From: an uncultured bacterium
GTDB taxonomy: Bacteria > Patescibacteriota > Minisyncoccia > UBA6257 > GWB1-50-10
Assembly (NCBI GenBank): GCA_963713955.1
Contig: OY970216.1
Span: forward strand, 72,075-136,074
DNA length: 64,000 bases
Direction: 5' to 3'
Shown here: one piece after another, positions 16,447-24,484 of the stretch
Numbering within the stretch: position 1 is the stretch's first letter
How the letters are laid out: every line of letters starts with the position of its first letter
The notes under the pieces: generated by a model
What the model saw: only the letters and a program-made list of their open reading frames with translations
What the model was told of the DNA's origin: nothing
The model's database searches: none
Program-made: the position numbers and the translations under genes

Positions 16447-16474
16447 GGCCTTGCGAAGATTTACTCGCAAGGCC
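16447..16474 (+). terminator. Hairpin terminator after the 15253 gene
   Basis: GGCCTTGCGA-AGATTTACT-CGCAAGGCC: a 10-bp stem with a weak U-tract. Confidence 0.5.
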
Positions 16475-16654
16475 CGTGCTCATTTATGGGATATCTTTCG
16501 CGCTTAATGGCACGTTCTTTAATCGTCCGCGCGGAGCGAAGCCATTGGTTTGGTGAGGCTAAATTCGATACGGCGGTTTTTCAGAAAGAGGTTCGGGCCA
16601 AAGATTTTTTGAGAGAGGGGCTTTTGTTCATATATCATAATACTTTTATAGGTA

Positions 16655-16683
16655 TTGACGCGGGGAATACGCCCATATATAAT
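16655..16683 (+). promoter_or_regulatory. Sigma70-type promoter: TTGACG, 17-bp spacer, TATAAT, for the AT-rich three-gene island
   Basis: Canonical hexamers, followed by an AGGAG-type RBS (aaggagctagg) before the ATG at 16723. Confidence 0.6.
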
Positions 16684-16722
16684 GGGCTTACCAGCTTATA
16701 AGGAGCTAGGTAGAAACGTATT

Positions 16723-17415
16723 ATGAAAGATGACCTAACACGACAATTTATAGTTGATGAAAGTGATACGCGCCGAAATACCCAGGAGCTTATTAAGAAA
16801 GTTCTCAAATTTGGGAAGGTATCTAAAACCGGAGATATCATTATTGAAGATAGGAGCCTGTCTAAAGACAATATTCTAAAACTCGCTCTTGTAGTTCGTT
16901 TTTTAGCTCATAGCCTAGATGAAAGTATCCCCGAGAGTATTCGTCCCAGTGACTTAACAAAGGTGATGAGCGAGCGAATTGAAGCCGTTGGCTCAAGGCT
17001 TAGCGTGTTAGTAAAATCAAATTTTGCTAAAAAGGATGGCTATGGGAAGTATGTAGTTCATCATTACAAAATCGAGAAGTTCTTGGCTGAACTTGAGTAT
17101 GGAAATGTGGCCGATGATCCAGACAAGACGGATCAGAATAAAAGGGGGCGCAAAATAAAAATAAGTCAGAAGAGGGGCAGGCCAGTTTATGGCGTTGGCG
17201 CAGATATACAGAATCTAATTGACTCTGGTTTTTTCCGGACACCTAAATTTGTTGCAGACGTTAAGAAAAAATTGGAGGAGGAGGTGAAATTTCATGACGT
17301 TAGAGTTATAGATACGGCTATCCGCAAGACTTTCATTATCAATAAAAAGCTTCTTAAGAGGATACCCAATACCGAGAAGGGCAAGGCGAAGTGGAAATAC
17401 GTTGTAAGAAGTTAA
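16723..17415 (+). CDS. Hypothetical protein, island gene 1 (230 aa)
   Basis: A long ORF in AT-rich sequence, by eye about 40% GC against a flanking ~52%. It has a basic K/R-rich middle (KRGRKIKISQKRGRPVYG) and no domain I recognise. Confidence 0.6.
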   Translation: MKDDLTRQFIVDESDTRRNTQELIKKVLKFGKVSKTGDIIIEDRSLSKDNILKLALVVRFLAHSLDESIPESIRPSDLTKVMSERIEAVGSRLSVLVKSNFAKKDGYGKYVVHHYKIEKFLAELEYGNVADDPDKTDQNKRGRKIKISQKRGRPVYGVGADIQNLIDSGFFRTPKFVADVKKKLEEEVKFHDVRVIDTAIRKTFIINKKLLKRIPNTEKGKAKWKYVVRS

Positions 17416-17425
17416 TTACACGACT

Positions 17426-17860
17426 ATGAATCCCAAAAATCTCGCAGCAAAACTTGAGAATATAAAGATGCTAGCCGACGAGTGTTTGGCCGCTTTAAAT
17501 CTTTTGGAGGGTACATCCTCGTTAAAGAAGGCTCATAGAGCCCTCCTTAAAGAAAATAGACTTAATTTGAAGCCTGATTTTACTATGCCGATCAGACCTT
17601 TCATCAAGAAATATGCGAAGGGTATGAGTGGCCCTAAAAAATTTACACTAATCCTTGCTTATATGGCTAAGGGCGATAAGAGTATTCAGGTACCGCTTGA
17701 AGGTATTAAAAATGCTTGGGATAAAATGACTTCGAGCTCATTGCTCGGTATGAAATTTAATCGTTTCTATTCTGGTCAGGCTAAAGATAATGATTGGGTA
17801 GAGTCTAAAAAGAGCGGAAGCTATAATCTGCGTCCATTGTGGATGGATATATTCACATGA
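17426..17860 (+). CDS. Hypothetical protein, island gene 2 (144 aa)
   Basis: It lies 10 bp downstream of gene 1, in the same AT-rich composition. Confidence 0.55.
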   Translation: MNPKNLAAKLENIKMLADECLAALNLLEGTSSLKKAHRALLKENRLNLKPDFTMPIRPFIKKYAKGMSGPKKFTLILAYMAKGDKSIQVPLEGIKNAWDKMTSSSLLGMKFNRFYSGQAKDNDWVESKKSGSYNLRPLWMDIFT

Positions 17861-18621
17861 AACCTCACGATAAAATCAAATCTTTATTGATCGGAAGTTT
17901 CAACCCAAAACAGATTGACGGGATTCTGAAATATTATATGCAGGCCATAGAGAAATACCACGAGGGAGATTGGGAGGGTGTTGCGTTGAAGGGAGGCAAG
18001 TTTGTTGAATCATTAACTAAGGCGTTAATGATCTACTGTGGCATCTCTTTACCTCGACAGAGAGCTTTTAAAGCGGGAACGGTTCTCAAAAATCTTGAAC
18101 AAACAGATGCTTCGAGGTATGACGATGTAATCAGAATTGTCATACCAAAGGCGGGTATACTAATTTATGAGATTGTGAATAACCGAGGTGGTAGACACGA
18201 CGCAGACGATATTGATCCAAATAGTATGGATTCCGAAATCATATTGCCAACTATGTCGTGGATTCTTGCGGAAATGGTGCGTTTTGCTAATAAAGGAAAG
18301 AGTACTGATCAGGCGAGAGATACCATCCAATCCTTAACGAGGAAGACTTATCATTCATTTGAGGAGATAGACGGCAGGCCATATACAAATATCAACGACT
18401 TGGATGCGTCCAGTACGGCAATATTACTACTTTACTATAAATATCCAGCTAGAATCTCTCGAAAGGATTTGATTGGATTTGTGGAAAGACATGGCTTTAA
18501 AAATAATGCGGCGAGTGTTGCGGTGCATCGTATTAAGTCGTTCGTAGACGATGACAATGGCAACTTTAAATTGAGGAGTACAGGGGTGCAAAGAGCAGAG
18601 GAAATATTGAAAGAAGCTTAG
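17857..18621 (+). CDS. Hypothetical protein, island gene 3 (~254 aa)
   Basis: Its ATG overlaps the gene-2 stop (ATGA), which suggests translational coupling. The track ORF starts at 17839, and I prefer 17857. It contains NRGGRHDADD, which is only loosely Rx3-4H-like. Confidence 0.55.
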   Translation: MKPHDKIKSLLIGSFNPKQIDGILKYYMQAIEKYHEGDWEGVALKGGKFVESLTKALMIYCGISLPRQRAFKAGTVLKNLEQTDASRYDDVIRIVIPKAGILIYEIVNNRGGRHDADDIDPNSMDSEIILPTMSWILAEMVRFANKGKSTDQARDTIQSLTRKTYHSFEEIDGRPYTNINDLDASSTAILLLYYKYPARISRKDLIGFVERHGFKNNAASVAVHRIKSFVDDDNGNFKLRSTGVQRAEEILKEA

Positions 18622-18743
18622 CCATTATTTCAATGCCCTCCTACTTCCTCTACGCCCGTAAATCTACCGACATCGAAGACAAGCAAGTCCGCGATTTTCA
18701 CTCCGAGAAAACTTTCCTGGGGGTAAGCTCTATAGTACCTTAG

Positions 18744-18815
18744 TGCGCCCACGGGGAATCGAACCTCGATTTTATCCTTCGGAGGGATACGCTCTATCCG
18801 TTGAGCTATGGGCGC
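18744..18815 (-). tRNA. tRNA-Arg (anticodon CCG)
   Basis: The reverse complement GCGCCCATAGCTCAACGGATAGAGCGTATCCCTCCGAAGGATAAAATCGAGGTTCGATTCCCCGTGGGCGCA folds as a cloverleaf. The 7-bp acceptor is GCGCCCA/TGGGCGC, the D-arm is GCTC...GAGC, the anticodon stem is TATCC/GGATA with loop CTCCGAA, and the T-loop is TTCGATT. CCA is not encoded. Confidence 0.85.
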
Positions 18816-20118
18816 TCACACCCATGATGATACCGAGGGTAAGCCAAAACATCAACTCTCCCGACTCCAGGTCCCAAAAGAAATGATCCACGAGGCCGAA
18901 GAGAAGCCACGAGAGACCGATCACGAGCGGGAAGAATAGATCGAGACCGGCCTCGTTTTTCCTTTCACTCCAGAACTCTCTGGCGATGGGCCAGAAAACG
19001 TTCCAGAGAAAAATCACGAACAAAACAAGGCCAATGACACCGGTCTCCGCGGCGACCATGAGGTACAAGTTATGGACGGGCTGCCATTCCCAGTCCTGCT
19101 TTAACCCTTCGCCTTGGTACAGACCGGCGTTCAAACCGGCGATGATCTGGTTTCCCGGCCCCACGCCGAAAACGGGGTTCGCCTTCACGAGGTTGAGTGC
19201 GATAAGCCCGTAATCTATCCGATACGTCACGGATGGCTCGTCCGGCGAGAAGCTGTCTCGCGCCGTCGACAAACGGCCAAACCCCAAAATGACGAAGAGA
19301 ATGAATAAGACGAGAATGCCCACGAGCGACAGTGTCCTCTTTCTTAAAAATCCGGCCGAGATGCCATAAACCGCCGTCGCCACTGCGAAGAACGCGAAAA
19401 CGATGAATCCGGATCTCGAGAACGTGAGAATGAGGGCCGAGAATATCAAAAACATGCCGGCGATGACGGCGAACTTCGTGACTTTGCTCCCAGACATAAA
19501 ATCCTCTCTCAGGAACAAATAGGCAAGCCCCGCAAACCCAAAGACAAGAAAGGCCGCCAGGATGTTCGCGTGCGGCATTGTGCCGTAGACTCTGAGAAAC
19601 GTTCCGAAATCGGTGAAGACCCTTGCGATGCCCGACGTCGCCGGACCGAGAACCGATTCCCCGAGCAACTTGAGTCCAATGCTCCCCTGATTCCTGAACT
19701 GGAGAAGGCCGACGATTGCTTGAAAAACCGCGGAGGCGCCGATGACGGCAAAAACGTTTTTCAGCTTCAGACGCCCCTCCCTCAAAAGCGAGGCGAAGAC
19801 GAGAGAAAATAAACCAAAAAGGACGAGGTGAGCGAAGACGTAAAAAGCGAGGCCAGGGCTGAAAGAAAGAAAAGAAGAGACAAGACTAACGACGAGGAAC
19901 AAGAAGAGAATCGTCGATTGCTTGCCGAGATGTATTTTTTCAAGATTCAGGACGACGGCGAGCGCGAGAAGGATATCAAGAGCATAAATAAAAACGGATC
20001 CGTAGGATATTTGGATGTTGAACGGCAGGGAGAAGGAGTAAATGAATTTCTTGGTGCCGATCGGGACGAGGAACAGGATCAGGAAAAAAAGCAGCTTATT
20101 AAACTTCGACATAGGCAA
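18772..20118 (-). CDS. O-antigen ligase / Wzy-like polytopic membrane protein
   Basis: 448 aa with 10 or more TM helices and a large periplasmic loop, which is the pattern of the O-antigen ligase (Wzy_C) family. The last ~15 codons read into tRNA-Arg, so the true stop may be assigned differently. Confidence 0.6.
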   Translation of the reverse strand: MPMSKFNKLLFFLILFLVPIGTKKFIYSFSLPFNIQISYGSVFIYALDILLALAVVLNLEKIHLGKQSTILFLFLVVSLVSSFLSFSPGLAFYVFAHLVLFGLFSLVFASLLREGRLKLKNVFAVIGASAVFQAIVGLLQFRNQGSIGLKLLGESVLGPATSGIARVFTDFGTFLRVYGTMPHANILAAFLVFGFAGLAYLFLREDFMSGSKVTKFAVIAGMFLIFSALILTFSRSGFIVFAFFAVATAVYGISAGFLRKRTLSLVGILVLFILFVILGFGRLSTARDSFSPDEPSVTYRIDYGLIALNLVKANPVFGVGPGNQIIAGLNAGLYQGEGLKQDWEWQPVHNLYLMVAAETGVIGLVLFVIFLWNVFWPIAREFWSERKNEAGLDLFFPLVIGLSWLLFGLVDHFFWDLESGELMFWLTLGIIMGVSAHSSTDRAYPSEG

Positions 20119-20183
20119 ATTTTAAGCTATCAGCCGGGAATCTTCCAGCTTTAAACCACCTCATCAACTAAGAAAACCTACCA

Positions 20184-20270
20184 GAGTGAGGCGCGGTGAG
20201 GCGAAAAAGTGTGCGCTCCGGGGCGCTAGCCCAAGTCTTACCCACTTTTTCGCCTCACCGCGCCTCACTC
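20184..20270. repeat. Palindromic repeat element, copy 1 (core plus 28-bp inverted arms)
   Basis: GAGTGAGGCGCGGTGAGGCGAAAAAGTG-[TGCGCTCCGGGGCGCTAGCCCAAGTCTTACC]-CACTTTTTCGCCTCACCGCGCCTCACTC. Related copies are at 38190, 61066 and 62213. Confidence 0.8.
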
Positions 20271-20283
20271 GACACCCGCAACC

Positions 20284-20553
20284 TCAAACCAAATAAACCC
20301 TGTCCCCGTCCCGCGCCTTGTCTTTTACCTTGATGCCCACCTCTTCGCCAGGTCCGGCCTTCTCGACCGAATCGTGCTCTACCTGCATTGACTGCACGGT
20401 ATCCTCGAAATCGGTGGTCGCCCCCACGATCTTTATCCGGTCGCCGACATGGAGCGTGCCGCTCAACTTTATCGCCGCGACGCCGATGTGGCCGAAATAA
20501 TGGCTTACCACGCCGACCTTCTCGGCTTTTTCCTTGGCATTTTCGCTGGCCAT
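20284..20553 (-). CDS. Small beta-barrel protein resembling EF-Tu domain 2 (89 aa)
   Basis: MASENAKEKAEKVGVVSHYFGHIGVAAIKLSGTLHVGDRIKIVGATTDFEDTVQSMQVEHDSVEKAGPGEEVGIKVKDKARDGDRVYLV. The GDxIxIxG...GxGxxVGIKV pattern matches the translation-factor beta-barrel fold. Confidence 0.5.
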   Translation of the reverse strand: MASENAKEKAEKVGVVSHYFGHIGVAAIKLSGTLHVGDRIKIVGATTDFEDTVQSMQVEHDSVEKAGPGEEVGIKVKDKARDGDRVYLV

Positions 20554-20588
20554 AGTTTTCTTTTCATTCTACGACCTTTCCCCTTAGT

Positions 20589-21227
20589 TTATAAAATTTT
20601 CCCGTGGATGCCGTCCTCCTTTTCTTCAGTCACAATGAGATCTAGGACTTTATCCATAAGATCTGAGGGGTCGCTTGAAAAAACCACGTTCGAGGCTCCT
20701 TTGTGCGCACCCTCCAAGATACCTTTCACCATGTCGGCCGTGCCGCCCGTTCCCTCCAAGACGCCAATCGGTTTCTGATCCTCAAAGGCTATCGTAAACT
20801 CATTCAGGGTCCCCATTCTTCCGCAGATGACTATGACCGCATCGGCTGATCTCGTCAGAAAGAGGTTCCGTCCCGAATAGTCGAAACCGGTGTAGATAAT
20901 GAGATCGTGGTAATCGAGAGGCAGGTGATACGTCTTCACGTGAGCCAGCTTGGAAACGGCTGGCGAGAGGCCGATCACAATCCCCCCGGCTTCCTTCGCC
21001 CCCTTGGCGGCCCAGTAGGGCATGCCGGTCGTGGCTCCCGTCACGAGAATGAGGTCTCGCTTCGCTATTTCCCGACCTATCGCTTCCGCTTTTTCGAACG
21101 AATCTCTCGAGCAGTGGCCGGTCTCGGCGGCTCCCGAGACGCAGATTTTGTACTTCAGGTGGTATGTATGGTTGTGGTTATGGTTGTGAGGTCTCCCCAG
21201 ACCGTTCTTGTCCTTTTTAATGTTCAT
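20589..21227 (-). CDS. LOG/SLOG-family Rossmann-fold protein (TIGR00725-like)
   Basis: 212 aa. It has ICVSGAAETGHC...LILVTGATTGMPYWAAKGAKEAGGIVIGLSP...GGTGTL, which matches LOG/DprA-like SLOG nucleotide-binding proteins. Confidence 0.6.
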   Translation of the reverse strand: MNIKKDKNGLGRPHNHNHNHTYHLKYKICVSGAAETGHCSRDSFEKAEAIGREIAKRDLILVTGATTGMPYWAAKGAKEAGGIVIGLSPAVSKLAHVKTYHLPLDYHDLIIYTGFDYSGRNLFLTRSADAVIVICGRMGTLNEFTIAFEDQKPIGVLEGTGGTADMVKGILEGAHKGASNVVFSSDPSDLMDKVLDLIVTEEKEDGIHGKIL

Positions 21228-21249
21228 CTTTCAATTATAGCAGCATGGT

Positions 21250-22548
21250 CTATATTTTTGAATTCGCAAAGCGCTCGGCGATGAGTTCTCTCATCACCTC
21301 CCGTTCATTCCAAGGAATCGTTTTCCCTTTCGCCACGTGGATCGACGTTTCACTTCCCTTGCCGGTCGCGACCACAACGTCTCCGGGCTCTGCGTCATAA
21401 AGCGCTTTCCGGAGCGCTGCTCTTCGGTCCAGTATTTTCCAGTAGTTTTTCGAGATTTGGAACTTGTTGTTTGAAGCTTGAGAAAAACCGGCTTCTATCT
21501 CGTCAACAATGGACTCCGGGTTTTCGTCATACGGATCTTCGTCCGCCAGAATCACTTCATCGCAGTATTTCGCCGCAATACCGCCCATGACGCTTCTTTT
21601 CCACTTGTCTCTCCCACCGCCAGCCGAACCTAGAACGCAAATCATTTTGTTTTTCCCGGAACTCAAAAAAGACTTTCTCAAGGAGGAATAAATGTTCTCG
21701 AGGGAATCGGGCGTATGGGCATAATCCACAACCGCGACGAACGGCTCCTTCTCCACGATGTCGAACCTGCCCGAAAGCCCGCCGAACCCGGCGAGCGCGT
21801 CCTTCACGACGCTCTCCGCTATCCCCTCAGACTCCGCAAACTTTGCCGCAGCGGCGGCGTTCAGGATATTAAAGTCGGGTATGAGCCAGTCAGCCACGGC
21901 CTTCCTGCCTTCAATCGTCCGGAGATTCCATCCCCATCTTTCAGCCTTTCCAACGAACTCACGAGCGGTGAAGTAAAAGACTTGCGAGCTCCCATCCCCC
22001 TCAACCACCTTCCTGAAATACTCCCTGTTTTCGTCGACACCGTTTATGAAAAAAAACTTTTTCCTCTTCCGCGACCTCAAGACGTCCTTGAAAAACCTAA
22101 CCTTGGCTTCCCGGTACTTTTCGAACGAACCGTGGGACTCGATGTGCTCGGGGGAAAGGTTGGTGAAAAAAGCTGCGTCCCAATCTATGAACCGGTCACG
22201 CCACTGGACGACACCCTGGGAGGTGACCTCAACCAAGGCGTATTCCGCGCCGGCTTTGACCGCTTTTCTCAAAAATCCCTGTATATGGAGGCGGCCGGGC
22301 ATGGTATTGCCAGTCGGGTTTTTCTCCTCGACTCCGACGATTCTTTCCTTCACGGACGAGAGGAGCGCGGTCTTCTTGCCGGCTTTTTCGAGAACTGCAT
22401 CAATAATCTCAAGGGTGGACGATTTACCCTTGGTACCCGTGACGCCGACGACAAAAAGCTTCCTGCTGGGCCGGAAATAAATCAGATTGCCGAGCCACGC
22501 GAGCAGGAAGTGGTACGGGGGCCTCAAAAAATCCATCACGTTCTTCAT
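21250..22548 (-). CDS. Mur-ligase family protein (MurE/MurT-like, central and C-terminal domains)
   Basis: 432 aa. It has the P-loop VGVTGTKGKSST, then DYAHTPDSLE (a Mur ligase middle-domain motif) and a C-terminal domain. Confidence 0.7.
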   Translation of the reverse strand: MKNVMDFLRPPYHFLLAWLGNLIYFRPSRKLFVVGVTGTKGKSSTLEIIDAVLEKAGKKTALLSSVKERIVGVEEKNPTGNTMPGRLHIQGFLRKAVKAGAEYALVEVTSQGVVQWRDRFIDWDAAFFTNLSPEHIESHGSFEKYREAKVRFFKDVLRSRKRKKFFFINGVDENREYFRKVVEGDGSSQVFYFTAREFVGKAERWGWNLRTIEGRKAVADWLIPDFNILNAAAAAKFAESEGIAESVVKDALAGFGGLSGRFDIVEKEPFVAVVDYAHTPDSLENIYSSLRKSFLSSGKNKMICVLGSAGGGRDKWKRSVMGGIAAKYCDEVILADEDPYDENPESIVDEIEAGFSQASNNKFQISKNYWKILDRRAALRKALYDAEPGDVVVATGKGSETSIHVAKGKTIPWNEREVMRELIAERFANSKI

Positions 22549-22557
22549 TTCGTTTCG

Positions 22558-23148
22558 CTATTTCTTGCTCCCGAGCATCCTCAGGGCGCTTTTCAATTTC
22601 TCCTCCAGGGAATCCTCCGGAGCATTCCCGATTTCCGCCAGGACGCTCTTAATCGAATTCCGGTCGTACCCGAGTCCCGCGAGCGCGTCCTCAACCTCGA
22701 CGTTGATCTCGGCCGCGCGATCCAATCCCTTTACCTCCGACAGATTTATCCTATTCTGGAGCTCGAGGATGATCCGCTCCGCCGTCTTCCTGCCGATGCC
22801 CGGCGCCCGAGAGAGAACGTCCGCTTTCTTCCCCACGATCGCAGCCATGACGTTCGGGAAGGAATCGAGATCCAATATCAAAAGTGCCGTCTTCGGGCCC
22901 ACGCCGGAAACCGATATGAGCATCTCGAAAAAATTCAACTCTCCTTCGTTCAAAAACCCGTAAAGCTCCAGTGCATCCTCCTTAACGTGCAGGTGACAGA
23001 AAACCTTCACCACTCCGCTATCTCTGGGGAGTTTGTATATCGTCTGCGTGTTGGAAAAAACTTTGAACCCAATGCCCGAAACCTCAATCACGAAAAAGTT
23101 TTCTTTTTTTTCGGAAACATTTCCGGAAACAGTGTAGATCATTACCAA
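22558..23148 (-). CDS. ruvA: Holliday junction DNA helicase subunit RuvA
   Basis: 196 aa. It has the OB-fold N-terminus (FFVIEVSGIGFKV), tandem HhH motifs (LISVSGVGPKTALLIL; APGIGRKTAERIILEL) and a C-terminal RuvB-interaction domain. Confidence 0.88.
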   Translation of the reverse strand: MVMIYTVSGNVSEKKENFFVIEVSGIGFKVFSNTQTIYKLPRDSGVVKVFCHLHVKEDALELYGFLNEGELNFFEMLISVSGVGPKTALLILDLDSFPNVMAAIVGKKADVLSRAPGIGRKTAERIILELQNRINLSEVKGLDRAAEINVEVEDALAGLGYDRNSIKSVLAEIGNAPEDSLEEKLKSALRMLGSKK

Positions 23149-23161
23149 TCATTATAGTAGA

Positions 23162-23190
23162 TTGACAAGTTATTCTCAAAAATATAGTAT
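23162..23190 (+). promoter_or_regulatory. Sigma70-type promoter: TTGACA, 17-bp spacer, TAGTAT, upstream of rpsT
   Basis: Canonical hexamers, followed by an ~135-nt leader that contains the inverted repeat CTTCGAATA...TATTCGAAG. Confidence 0.5.
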
Positions 23191-23331
23191 TTACGCATCA
23201 TGCCCCGTAGGACAACTTCGAATAGCGTCCTCAACGCCTAAAATTATTCGAAGGTGAGGGGCACATCAAATTCAATCAAGAAACTAAAGGTCTATCACAA
23301 CAATACATAATTCGAAGTTGTACTACAGGGT

Positions 23332-23601
23332 ATGCCAATAACAAGTTCGGCAAAAAAGGCGTTCCGGCAAAGCACGCGGAGAAGGGAATTGAACCTGGAG
23401 AGGAAAAAAAACCTGCGGGCCGCGATAAATTCTTTCCGGAAGCTCGTTGAAGCTGGGAAAACGGAGGAAGCGAAACAGGCGCTCTCAAAAGTTTATCAAG
23501 CAGCCGACAAGATGGCCAAGGTAAAATTCATCAAGAAAGGCAAAGCCGCAAGAATAAAATCCCGCCTTTCAAAGAAACTAAGCTCCCAAAACAAACCCTA
23601 G
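23332..23601 (+). CDS. rpsT: Ribosomal protein S20
   Basis: 89 aa reading MPITSSAKKAFRQSTRRRELNLERKKNLRAAI..., a typical S20. Confidence 0.9.
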   Translation: MPITSSAKKAFRQSTRRRELNLERKKNLRAAINSFRKLVEAGKTEEAKQALSKVYQAADKMAKVKFIKKGKAARIKSRLSKKLSSQNKP

Positions 23602-24387
23602 GAGCGCCTCCGGGAAGTCCAACTTCCCGCTTTTTATCGATATGTCGAGATCGGCGAGCTTCAAAAGGCTCGAGCCAGTTGCCGAAAAAGCCAGCGAATT
23701 GAATATATACGAGGGATCCGCGCCCTCCATGAAAAGCTTTTCCAGAGCGGCGACTTTCTCGGCGGCTCTTTCGGCGCCGAGGATCCGGCGGGTCATAAGC
23801 CACACCTCGTCGAATTCCGGGAAAGAGGATGCCGCAGATAGATCTTGGACCGAAAGGACACTCTTCCCGAGGAAGCCGAACTTCTCGATTTCGTTCACGG
23901 CGATCCAGCTCCTTCCTTCCTTTTGATTCTCCAGGAACGAAACGAAGAATTTCAGCGCCTCCGGGGAAAAAGAAAAGTTTCTCGCCTTTGCTTCATCAAC
24001 GATAAACGAGGCAAGTTCCCGGCCGGCGAGCTCCTTGAACTCGTCGGAAACGGCGGATTTCTTCAAAAGAAAATCGAAAGCTTTGACCGGTTTCTTCTCA
24101 TCCAAACCGAAAATGAAAACCGAATCGTCGGCAACTTTGTCTTTCAGGAATTTTGTCCATTCCTTCTCGCCGGATTCGGTCACGTTCCTCACGACGGCAA
24201 CTTTCGTACCTCCGAAGATCGACTGTTGGTTTATAAAATCTTTCACGTCACGCCAGGCATCCGGATTTTCTTCCAAGTCAACCTCAATTTCCTCGGTGGA
24301 TGAAACACGGTTCCTCAGCGCCGAAAAAAGCTCCGCAAGCCTGCGTTTTCTCCTCAACGAATCGGGGCCGTAGAGATAGTAAATCAT
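23578..24387 (-). CDS. holA: DNA polymerase III delta subunit
   Basis: 269 aa. The N-terminus is MIYYLYGPDSLRRKR and the fold is a short-form clamp-loader delta. Confidence 0.7.
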   Translation of the reverse strand: MIYYLYGPDSLRRKRRLAELFSALRNRVSSTEEIEVDLEENPDAWRDVKDFINQQSIFGGTKVAVVRNVTESGEKEWTKFLKDKVADDSVFIFGLDEKKPVKAFDFLLKKSAVSDEFKELAGRELASFIVDEAKARNFSFSPEALKFFVSFLENQKEGRSWIAVNEIEKFGFLGKSVLSVQDLSAASSFPEFDEVWLMTRRILGAERAAEKVAALEKLFMEGADPSYIFNSLAFSATGSSLLKLADLDISIKSGKLDFPEALLGFVLGA

Positions 24388-24430
24388 GAAACGCTTTCCT
24401 TATTATTCTATTCTTCCCACCAAATCGCTG

Positions 24431-24478
24431 CAATATAAAAAGGCGAAAGGCGGATCGTGTATCCGTACACGTCCGCCT
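24431..24478 (-). terminator. Rho-independent terminator for the 24485 gene
   Basis: On the minus strand, GGCGGACGTGTACGGATACACGATCCGCC is followed by TTTCGCCTTTTTAT. Confidence 0.65.
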
Positions 24479-24484
24479 TAAAAC

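Noticed and set aside
16486-16701. The 71-aa ORF immediately upstream of the island operon.
   Set aside because: It spans the terminator hairpin of the upstream gene and the -35/-10 of the island promoter, and it has no RBS. It is probably non-coding.
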